A stretch of DNA of 64,000 nucleotides from Takakia lepidozioides. Lineage: Eukaryota > Plantae > Bryophyta. Both the position numbers and the translations under genes were made by a program. Under the pieces are notes generated by a model, which was not told the origin of the DNA, made no database searches, and was given only the letters and a program-made list of their open reading frames with translations. Every line of letters begins with the position of its first letter. The first letter of the stretch is position 1. This document shows positions 53,255-64,000 of the stretch, piece by piece. The DNA lies in contig CM060734.1 in NCBI GenBank assembly GCA_030704615.1, forward strand, positions 59,954,001-60,018,000, read 5' to 3'.

Positions 53255-55848
53255 TTACTGTGTTAGGATGCATCGAATTGGAGAACCCTCGGCCTTCACA
53301 AGCTTCAAGGGGAGGCAATGCATGTTGTACAGGCCCACATCGACGTCATCCAAGTTGAGCCCCTCCACGAGTATGAGTTTCTGTAGCACATCACCAGAAG
53401 AACTCTTTGATAAGACAAATGCTTTCCTTTCAACGTTGCAGCGACATACTCTGAAGCACCCTGAAGCACATAATCCTATGACAAAGTAAACTGCCTTACC
53501 TCTCTGAGTCTCGTAGGGCTTGTTACACCTTCTCACAAACACACCCAAAGGAGTATTGAGAGACAAGAGAGAGGAGGGGAAAGACAGACACCTTTCTTAA
53601 AAGCACTCGATGGGTAGCTGCAAGGTCATCATAACTTGTAACTGAAAGGTAATCAAGGCCTGCACCACAAAACTCAATTCACGAAACTGGTGCAATAATC
53701 AAACACTGTGGCTAGTGTCCTTGAGCACTACAATGGATGGGTCCAGGGACATGATCAGAAACTTGCAACAGGAAAGTTGAATTGGCAATAGCACCGTTCA
53801 AGGTGGACATGCAGATAAAAGACATCTCGATCTAATTGTATGGGAGTTTTCATTCATGGGCCGGCATTGAAATCACCGTGACATGTCCATGCAAGCTAGA
53901 GGGGTGGAGAAGCAGTGTTGGAATAAACCTCCAGCTTTTTATCACTCAAGAGTCTGGAGTCTGGAGAGGGAGATAGTGTGAGAGAGGACTGACCAATCAA
54001 CCTGATTTCAGTGTGGTGGACGAGCCAGTCAGCCCCATCGAGAGTGAGTCCCACATAGCTAGTGTCAAATTCTCTTTTCCACATCAGCTGCCTAGCTCAC
54101 ACACAATACCATCTGGCCTGATAAGCAGAATGAAACAAGTAAACCACTCGAGATAAGACTGAGGGCTTCGTGAAGGTAAGCTACTACGCTTTTATGGTCT
54201 TCTTGAAAAAGTAAATGCTTCTGCCAGGGATGACCATTTTCTGCTGAGACATCGACATCTCCTGCAAAGCTCACAGTACATGTTACCCAGTCCCATCTGC
54301 AGGAAATCATTTGTGAACAAGAAAGTGGAGTACCTATCTGTGTTCAGAGTCTTGAAGATTATGCGCTCTACTCCAAGTGGAATACGGAGGGCTTCCATTA
54401 CCTCCGCTGTAACCACAATCTCATTTTGCAAATGTTTTCTCAATATGAGTCACAAAACAATATGCAAGCTGATAGCATAGTTCCCATTGGATACTGACAC
54501 CATCCTGAATAGCTTTTGTCATGGTAGAGACAGAAGATCCAACTCAAAACGTCAAGGCAGACAATCCCATGACGGGCCGGTCTCAAGGGCGATCTCGTAC
54601 AGGACTCTGAGCTCTGATACCAGGTGTTGCGCACCTCAGCAGTGAGAGGGATAACAAAAGACAAAGTGATAGAGATGAAAGGAACCTTGTGTAATGCCTG
54701 GACTGGCAGGAAAAAATGCTATCTAACAATGAATAGAGACGCGAACATTGCTTCTTAACTGGATAAAAAATCCACCTGTCAAATTTGAGTCCCTGGGAGC
54801 ATCCACAAGCAGTACTGGACCTGCCATAACACAGATCAGCACCCCTCCTGGATTATGATAACTCAACAAAAATCAGTGGTCCAAATGCAAGGTAGTCAAT
54901 AATCATCAACAGAACTCTGCAAGGCCAAAAGCCTCAGTGTGACTGCAGGAAAATGGTTGTCATGGACTGCGTCTCAAGTTTCATGGCAAAGTGTGAGAGG
55001 GTCGTAGTATATATATTAGTCTTCAGGGACGGGCTATCTAGCAAGTGCATTTCCTTTACAAACAGAGATGAACTACATGGCAGTGAGGTAGTCATGTTTC
55101 CATTTGTGGTGTCTCTTCTCATTGAGAGAGGTGCCCTATGGGTGGCCCTTAGACAGTGCTCACCTCCTACCAAAAAGCAAGCGGTCCTCATGGGGGAAGG
55201 AGGCAGAGCTCTGGCTGGCATCATTCTTCTCCTAATCAAGATTCTTTGCTCACTTGCATATAACTCAGATGCAAACCGTCCAACAATTCCATGATATATA
55301 TAAGGCTTATTACTATACTGAAACCCCCCTCTCGCTCTGCTACGGCGGAGGGAATTCGTTTTTGGGTCTCTCCTTCTCCCACAAGACAACCGCCACTCAC
55401 CATCTCTTTCCCAGGCACACAAAGTAAAGCCAAACATGTGGCTCCACAGAAATTCACAAACACTCATACCATTGAGCACATTTAGATCCAACGAGGCCAC
55501 ATCAAGCCCTAGCTCATAAGCCTCCTGCACAGCGTGTCCCGGAGCATCGACATGGGTTCCCATGTGCACAGTTCGCAGCTTCAGTTCGGACAGATTGACC
55601 TCCGACCCTTCAGCGATGCTCTCCACCAGGCGCACTGGAGTCCCCAGCCCCTCGTCCGAGTCCCAGATTGGCATATCTTCCCTGTAGCTGTGGGTTATGT
55701 CTATAATCTTCCTTTGGCTCTTCATGGGAGAGCCTTCAACTCGGCAGAGCTGGGGCTCCAGGCCGGACGGGTAGGCATCTATTGTAACCGAGTCCAGAGC
55801 TCTGCCTGCGTGAAACAGCAGCACAAAGATCAGCAAGAAGACCACCAT
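53255..55848 (-). CDS. Cyclase-family / kynurenine formamidase-like metal hydrolase with signal peptide; about 6 exons
   Basis: Signal peptide [15 protein letters not shown]; HxGTHxDxPxH motif [11 protein letters not shown]; [15 protein letters not shown]; IFKTLNTDR; GLDYLSV; [32 protein letters not shown]. Confidence 0.92.
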
Positions 55849-56764
55849 AGCTCGTCAGTGATGGTCATTCACAGTGCCCAGTTGTGCTGGGCTTACTCTT
55901 CACTCTCTCTCCCTCCCTTATAAGTTAAGTATTTCCGTGGTCCTTACTAACTCTCTCCCCAAATACTCCATCCCTAAGGGGATGGATGTGAGTGGAAGGA
56001 GGAGATGACATCCAGGTGGGAAGGATGGAGCAGTCAAAGCTTTGGATGAATAGGGGTGCGACATCCAAGCAGCGCTAACTAACTTGTTTAACTAACTTCT
56101 TTAACGGTTAGCCGGGCCTTGTCTTCCTGCTCGGATCGGATCCCTTTGTCTGTCTGTGCACACAACGCTGCGCTCTCCTGCAGTGAAGTGCACGAACTCA
56201 ACCTATTGGCTGTGCCGGCCTGGTAATACACCTCGTGCGGTCCTTCTCTGTGTAGGATTGTGCTGCTTTCCCGATCTTTCTTAATCTTGTTGAACTGGAA
56301 TCGTTTTTTTTTTTCCCAGTGGCGGTCCTAAAGGTTTCTCCGCTGGAGTCGGTACTCCCTCTTACTCTCTCCTTGCTCTCTCCTCTTTACATGTATCCAT
56401 ATGTTTCCCCCTCTCAGGAATTCCTGGATCCGGTTCCACTCACACTGTGAAACGTGTGTTGTCATTCGATTACATGTAGTGACTTGCATGTCATCGTCTC
56501 CGATTAAACGCCATTGCCTCTGTCCCGTATTTTGTTCCTTTGCGTTTGCATCTCTGGTCACGGTGCTTGTTTGAACTGTGTCTCTTTTCTCCTGTGGAAG
56601 ATTCTAGTTCTTGGCCCTTTCCATCACGGAGACGTTTTTACCCTAGGTCCCAAGAGGTTTGGATGGAGCCACAAATCTTCTAGCCGGTGTGTTGTCACCC
56701 TTATAAGCACATCTGCTCCCAAATCAAGTCTGCCCCGTATGAGAATCGACAGTGAGTATCAAAC

Positions 56765-59700
56765 ATGGACGGGGCAATTCTGCCTTTGAACTTCTACTGT
56801 CGCAATGCACGACTATGCCTGAAGAAGGCCTCCTTTTCGAAGAAGTCCCATCTGTTTGGGGACGAATTACAGCATCTCAAAGCCTTTACTGCACTCGTTT
56901 CGACTACCATCCCTTCCCACCCCCTGTATCTTGAAAGGAAACAGGAAAAACCCTTGTTGGAGCTCCAATCACATCTAAGCGACGCTACAAATCGGATTGT
57001 GGAGCTTGAAGCAGAGGGTCCCTGTAGCAGGCATCTTGCAACCAACGGTAGGCCGAAACCAGACAAATCCACAGATAGGTTATCCAAAACCACGTCGAAT
57101 TCACCGGGTGCATTGTCCCCAAAGTACACATCAGATTCAGTGTCGAAGTCCCAGAAGGGATTAGGGAAAGTGCAGAAGAGACGATCTGACAGAGCGCAGC
57201 AGTGGGAATATTGGTCGCCTAATATGAAAGAAACATATGGCTTTGCTAGCAAGTCAGCCCCTTCGTCCCGTAAGGCAACCCCTGTAACGCAGAGACTGAA
57301 GAAAGTATCGGACGCTTTGGCTGCAGATTCAAAACCACAACACCGCCACCATCATGGCGGCAAGAATTTCACAAGATCTCAAGCTCTGGTGAACCCTGCA
57401 GCAGGTGAGTAGGTCTCCCAGATTTTTCTCTGATACTCTTACGTGAATGCCCTATAAGCAAATATGTTGGAGGATAAAACATGTTCGGGTTGAGCACTGA
57501 CGGGGCCTCACGTCCGGCACGATGAACCTCATGGCCTGCAAGACGCTGCTGCCCAAGCCAGTGTAAAGACAATATTGCATCCTAATGATTGTCTGTGGTA
57601 TGCAGGTGAGATAACCCCCTATCGTTCAAAAGGAGGCAGAGAGTTGCCCCGTTTGAAGGCATTGGCTCTGGTGTCCTCCATCTCTGCTCGAAACCAAGGC
57701 AAAGAATTCATACATGTCTCCAAGATGAATACCTTGGAGTTGGCCCGGAATGATTGGCCCGAGTCGTCTCCCGAGGAGTCCACTACGGTGTCAATTCCAA
57801 CAATTGGAAGCCCTCATAGGAAACGCGGTGTTCATGGTTTTGTCCCTGACACAGACACTGCGAAGTGTGCAGTCCACAGCGCCATCCCAGGCACAGAGGT
57901 TGTAAGGCGGAGCCGAGAGGTCTTGCCACATGGAGAAGGTGGGGTTTATGAGGAGTTACGGAAAGGGTCGTCACCTGCCGTCTCCTATAAACAAAAGCTT
58001 GCAGGTTCCAATGTAGGCTGGGGGGAGGTTATGCGGAGACAGGAGGACTCGAAGATCAGCTTTCTAGGTATGGGCACACATTCAACAAGGGAGGCAAACA
58101 GAAGTGGGTATTTGCACAGCCACGGTTCGGACGCACACCAACGAGAGGATCCTTCCTGGAGGACAATACGACTGGAGGACTCCCTGAAAGATGCAGAAGG
58201 GAGAGATGGTGGTTATGCAGAAGGAAACGACTGCAGAGAGTATGGTCATCATCAAGTAGGGATTCCACGGGAACGGCAGGGACATAATTCTAGGGGGGAA
58301 GGTTTGCGAGAATGGAAGGGGGGCTTTGCTAGAAGCGACAGGTTGCATGAGCCTGAGGGGGAGAGCTTGCGGGGTGAGATGGAGGGCAGTGGTGGGTTTA
58401 GTGAGCGAAGCAGCCCTGGGAGAGGCCTTGGCCGCGGGTTGGACCTGGGGAGAGAAGGGGAGGGTCGACCAGCATCCGCACCTCGCAGAATGCAAAACGC
58501 AGCTTTGGTTCGAAGGGTGCACCCACCAAAGGTAGAGAATGTGGAAGTAGAGGCCATTGAAGGGAGAGAGCGAAATGCTGTGGGGACACTCAAAGCGAAG
58601 GGGGTAAAGGGCGTAAAGGAAGACTGCGAGAGGTTCCGGTTCCAAATGAAGATGTTGAAGGAGAAAGCAGACAACTCTAGAATCAGAGAAGTAGAAGTTG
58701 AAGGAATGGCAGACAGATTACAAAGGCGGCTGGTAGATGAAATGGACCTGGTCGCAAGCAGGAATGGGGATCGTGTGACAGGAGACCTCAGCAGGCAAAG
58801 ACAGGTGACGATGTTAAGGAACAGTGAGAAAGACAGAGTGGAGTTCCGAGACAGCTACAGTCCCCATAAAAGCCCCACACGTAATGGTAATGCTAGTAGC
58901 AAGCTGGACAATGGCGAGAGAGTTGGCTATGGAAGCCTCGGGAAGACAGAAGGGAGTTCACCCGGTCGTTCTGTAAGAGCTACAAGAGGAAATGCTTCCC
59001 TCCCGAAAGGGCAGCCATTCCAAAGAAGAGAAGCAGATGGCCCCAAAGATGCGCATAAGGAGTTTGAGGCACGAAGAGTAATCCCTACGTTGACTGCAGG
59101 ACTTTCTTCATACTCAAATACCACGAGTTCCTCTACTTCAGGCTCATCGTCCTCCTCTCTCTCCTCTCTCCCTCTCTCCCATTACATTAAGAAGCTCAAG
59201 CACTTGGCCCCCGACTCTCGATTCCCGCCCTCGACCCGCAACCTGCATACAGCTGGTATCAATGGTGGCGCGGGGTGCTGCAATCCTGCCCACACAGCCC
59301 TCCATCACCAAGCTCACACAAGTTCTGCCAGCACCCTGGAGCCCCACTGTGGTTATGACCCTCCCTCTGTATCTGACCCCAAGCATAGCCCAGAAAGTGT
59401 AGATACAGGGTCCACTTCCATCTCTTTACCAGTGGGTGACAATGAACGTGACTCAAGTCTCCCCTCTCCACAGTCTGCTGCGATTCTGTTGCCCACATCT
59501 TCCCCCAGCACTCACGCTCGGCATTGTCCCTTGGGCCCCCGATACAGCAATCGGTTTGGGTCGTATTCACCTCAACACATGAACAGGGCACCGCTGTCGG
59601 ACTCAAGTTCGTGTCGCATGGTGGGAACTGACCAGCGCATAGGTGCAATACTTGGAAGTTGTGCCATGGTCGCTAGCCACCTTCAACAAGAAGAAGACGA

Positions 59701-62700
59701 GGATTTTAACTCTACGAACAAAGGTGGCCAGAAATTCCTAGTCTCAGCCGATGATTTGAGCTCACCGGGAATGAACGGCCATACGGAGGCAAGTGTTTCA
59801 AACGTTGCAATGTTTTCTCTGATGTCATATTTTTGTGCCCAATCTGTTGTAGCATGCATCTCGATGAGCTATTTGTCAGGACTACTGCTTGTGCCTTACT
59901 CAGATGGTCCGAGTACAGAAGTTTTGCATAGAAATTCTTTAGTACTAGCATTTGGTTTCATGTGTGGTCTACGAACTGCAGAGTGCCCATCATGCGACAT
60001 ACGAGGAGAAAATGGCCAAGATGCAGAAACTGGTGGGAGAACTCAAAGGATCAGTCGAAGGTTTTAAAATCCGGATTGAGGTCGAGAGTGAGGGCTGGCG
60101 GGGCCGCATGGAAGGCTTGGAAAAGGACATAGAGACACTGAAAGAGGAGACAGATGACGAAATTTTGGAAACAAAACGCTGCATTCGCAATGAAGTTAAA
60201 GTCAAGCTGGAGGAGCTGCTTTCTGATGCAGAGAAGATAAAGAAAGAAGAGAAAGAACAGGTTTGAGATCTTGGCTGGGTGACAATTTGATTCTGCAGCA
60301 TATTCAAAAGCTGGGGGATGACATAATGTCCCAGTGGTCTCCTCTGCTTTTACCCCTGCAACTTCTAAAGCCAGTTTCTCATTTTCTTAAAAACTAGAAA
60401 ATTCTTTCACTAAAACGAGGTCAATGCTTTGCTCCTCCGGATTGAATACACCCCCAATATGATCCCACATCCTTGAATGCCTAGCCTCAGGACTGATCCA
60501 GATTCTGTACATGAAGAGCACAGCTTCAGAGAATCCAAAAGGGTGAGGGTTGCAGCACTTTTCTGCTCATTTTTTGTGCTGCAGGACATCTGGTAGTAGG
60601 CAGATTCCTTGATGGAACTATGTCTAGACGATAGTGGTGAGGTACGTCACCCACTAAATACCTTTTCCCTGTCTATCAATGTGATGGAAAGAATCAGAAG
60701 TGTTGTGAATATGTGGAGTCCACACAATAGGATTGTTGTCACTGCTATTTAGCACTTGTACTACAATAAAGAATGTGGTATGAGTATGATCCTCTAGCGA
60801 GTTTTCTAATCATATGTATGGGGGGCGGGGGTCAATGGCCACAAGGCTACGTCAAACAATGTCTTATGAGTACAATCTAATCATATGTATGGTGGAGCAG
60901 GTTGAAATACTGGTGGATGACAGGATAGAGAAACGGTTGAATGAGAAGGACATGGGCATGGCTGAGATGAAGAGTGAGATAAGACTTCTCTGGGCTGAGG
61001 TGGAAGCCCTCTCTAAGGGCAGAGAGGAGGTACAAGGTCACGTTGACCACCTAACACAAGTAGCTCACATAGCAAAAGAGAATGCCAACAGAGAACAGGA
61101 TATCTTGAAATCGGAGAACGGCTTTTTGCGGAGACAGCTTCAGTCTTTGAAGAAAGATGGCATGCAGGTCAGGCCCAAGTTGCTGTATTTTTTGGGTATA
61201 TTCTATCGTCCTTCGATTTTTTGAGATTAACAATGTTTGTCAAGGAGTATGATGCTGAATTGGTACACACGAATGACAAGCATTGTAGCAGTATTAGAAT
61301 TTTCCCTTGGTTCCTGGCCGAGCCCATCCAAGGGTAGAGGGCCGAAGCAATGATGATCTTCTACATGCAGCTGCAAAGAGCAGAGTATTATCTCACCTTT
61401 CCCTGAAGTTGGATGTTGTAGTCATGAGCAGTGGATTGCTAAAAATTCCCAGCCAAGCAGTTGTCCAGGAAGCTTGAATGGATGCGCCACCATTTATGTC
61501 CCACATATATGCATTGCCTCTCCATGTTCCTCTGGATCAGTCAATGTCAAAGTGGGTTACATCTCTAACCACTTGCATAAAATGTTTACCTTTCTTGGCT
61601 GCCCATGCTTCTGCAGGTGAGGTTAGACTCTGAGGATTTGAAAGCAGAGAGGGAGGACTTCAGGCAAGCAATGGAGAAGCTTAAAGACGAAGGGACTGAC
61701 ATGAAGATTGAAATCCAGGGCCTCAAGAAAGTGGAGAAAGTGTTGAAGGTAACTGCCTAACAGGACCCTGACTCTGATTTTCTGGCTTGTGACTATCCCT
61801 TTCAAGGATATGCCACATTATCTTGAGCCCAGATGGTGCAATAGCTTGACAACTGGAGTTCCAGTTACAAAAGGTGGATAACAACATAGTTTGAAATCCT
61901 GATTGCTTCTGCAGATTGAAGGAATGTCCTCATGCTATTCTTGTAGTTTGTGTATAGAGGGAAAAGGAGATAGTGACTTAGAGCATGAGAACTGAAAACA
62001 GTCTGTTCAATTTTAAGGAACAGAAGCTTCCCTACCAGAAGATTCGTCACTGGTGCTTCTGTGCAAAGGCAGCCAGTAGACACCGGAAAGTGTAGAACTA
62101 TCACCAGATAGAGTGGATTGTGGCTGTTCTTAAATGCTCATTCAAATTTTAGGTGGAGATTGAGAATCTGCGAAAGCTAGTGGAGAAGATGCAAGAGGAC
62201 ACTGAAGAGCTGGAGAGGGAGAGAGGCACGTCACAAATGGAAGGCGTGCGAGAGAGACTGTTAATAATGGAGAGAGTAGAGAGTCTCTCACAGCTCTATC
62301 TGGGAGGATTGGAAGAGGTTCGAACAGATGTTTTCAATGTGAAGTTTAGTTGTCGTGACCGAGTGGATGAACTGGAGAGCCAATGGAGTGAGTTCAAGCG
62401 CCACCAAAAGAACTCGTCAGAGGAGGGGTCTTCCCTTGTACCACGGCAGGTTAGTTGACACCACGCTGTTCCGTACCAAAGTCCAGGCAAGCAAAGTGTC
62501 AAATCAAATGGCCCACGAAAACAGGATATGCACTTTGAAATGTGGAACATACTGAACAATGGGGTTTAAGATTCCGGCCATCAATGTGATGTGCTGTTGG
62601 CTTTGCCATTTCATGGTGTCTGCAGGATGGGCATCAGCGCAAGGTAATCCCTGGAGTGGCAAACATACGCTTGAATGAAAATAGATCAACATCCCAGGGA

Positions 62701-64000
62701 TCCCTACCATATGCCTGCCTCATAGTGCAACCTGCAAATGCTCCTGACAAAGGCAGAGAACTAGCCCATTTACACCTTTCTCTTGGAGACTGCAACTGTT
62801 TTGGGCCCTTCACATTTCAGTCTTAAGACTGTTTAGTTGTGCTCTCCACGGTGGTATTGTCCAAGGGCCACAGCTGCCTTTACATTGCACCACAAACATG
62901 AGCCCAATTAGCTACTTCAGTTCATGTTGTGACCAGGTTGAGTTTATCCACCCGTACTATTGTTTCTAAGTAAAAAGCGATTACATGCAATTAAGAATGC
63001 TTCTCTGGTGCAACCATGTTGGCAGCTACTGCTTGATGAGCTGGAGCATGTTCGTAATGAGATGGCAGAGATGGTGGAGACTGAGCGCAGCCTCCTTCGT
63101 GAGACACTTGAGAGGGAGACTGGATCTATCCGGCGCCAAGTTATGGATGTGTGTGCCAATAATAAGAGTGAGATGATGAGCATGCTGAAAGTGGAGGTGC
63201 AGAAGCGCTTGCAGACTGCAAGAGAAAAAGTCTTGTTAATGACAGATGCACTTAAGCGGGACATGGACGGGTTGAAGGCTGAGCTAGGGCAGGCACGGGT
63301 ATCAGCCCTTTCACCATACCCTGATTCAATTATCCTTTCACCCAGCTATAATGGGGTCACTAGGTCAAATGATCACCTTTTTGGGGTTTTTTGGGCTAGA
63401 TTGGTCGTCTAACACCTTGGGAACGTCAAGGCTACTGAGTCTCTGGGTGAAAATGGCCCACAAATGTGACTCTGGTACAAAAACCAATGTGGTAGAAAGT
63501 GCCTGTGAACTAAGGGCCTGGTATCAAAATGTATTCTTGTCTCTTCTCACAGTGCTCTGGACAGATTTGAATTAGAGCCCACGGCATGTTAACTACCTTG
63601 CTGCAACTAGCCTACCGTGTTTTTGAGAATTCTTGCAGCAACTGCAAGGAGGGTTGCCTAGATCTTTTCTCAATCTCCCCTCACCATGGTGAGAGTGGGA
63701 CCCGTGAGACTTTCATTGAGCATGAGACAGAATGTCATCAACACTAGCTTCAAAGAGATTGCCAAGCACACATGTTGGTGGTTCACAGGAAGGGGCAGAA
63801 GATTTCTCACGAGCTGTAACGATGGTAGAGAGAGAGAAAGATGTTGCTTCAGCGGCCGCCGCTGAAGCCACCATATCAGCTGCCAAAGCCGGCGATATCC
63901 TCACTGAAATGCTGGGATCTTTCAGCACTGAAATGGCAAACACACGGCGCAAGAGTTTGCAGCTCCAGGTGGGTGTCAGAAATTGCCAATCATCAACAAA
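56765..64000 (+). CDS. Large protein of unknown function: long low-complexity N-terminal region and several coiled-coil exons; runs off the window end
   Basis: Long ORFs 56765-57404 and ~57607-59800, then Glu/Lys/Leu heptad-rich exons with AG/GT borders (~59982-60260, 60901-61167, 61617-61748, 62153-62449, 63026-~63297, ~63730-63968). Confidence 0.6.
60822..60875 (+). mobile_element. 54-bp 3'-end fragment of the same LINE family as 11866-14530
   Basis: GGGGTCAATGGCCACAAGGCTACGTCAAACAATGTCTTATGAGTACAA matches the 3' end of the large LINE with 2 mismatches. Flanked by the 17-bp TSD TCTAATCATATGTATGG (60805-60821, 60876-60892). Confidence 0.88.

Noticed and set aside
58056-59648. Several antisense ORFs overlapping the 830-aa ORF
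   Set aside because: Shadow ORFs of a long coding exon with no independent evidence.

Overview
Eukaryotic, intron-rich nuclear DNA from a land plant, probably a non-seed plant such as a bryophyte or lycophyte (inferred from gene content and PPR style; the species cannot be determined). Host genes: the 5' part of a golgin-candidate 3/4-like gene (-), BRCC36 (+, with an AT-AC U12-type intron), a calumenin-like EF-hand gene (-) with an RTE/RTEX-like LINE in an intron, chloroplast ATP synthase gamma atpC (+), plastid GAPDH GAPCp (-), a decayed Crinkler-like nuclease-kinase gene, several PPR pseudogene fragments, a cyclase/kynurenine-formamidase gene (-) and a long coiled-coil gene (+, runs off the window). 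The standout is a 12.2-kb Ty3/gypsy-type retrotransposon (28845-41024, minus strand, 4-bp CATT target-site duplication) with four unusual traits. (1) A complete DNMT3-like C5 cytosine methyltransferase domain lies between protease and RT. (2) The integrase ends in a PHD finger rather than a chromodomain. (3) The primer-binding site is complementary to its own LTR (Tf1-like self-priming) rather than to a tRNA. (4) The LTRs are split/permuted (B-internal-A-GC-B-A), and the integrated ends correspond to an internal palindrome GACA-GC-TGTC, as if a 2-LTR circle had been opened inside one LTR. All calls come from reading the sequence by eye; no database searches were run.
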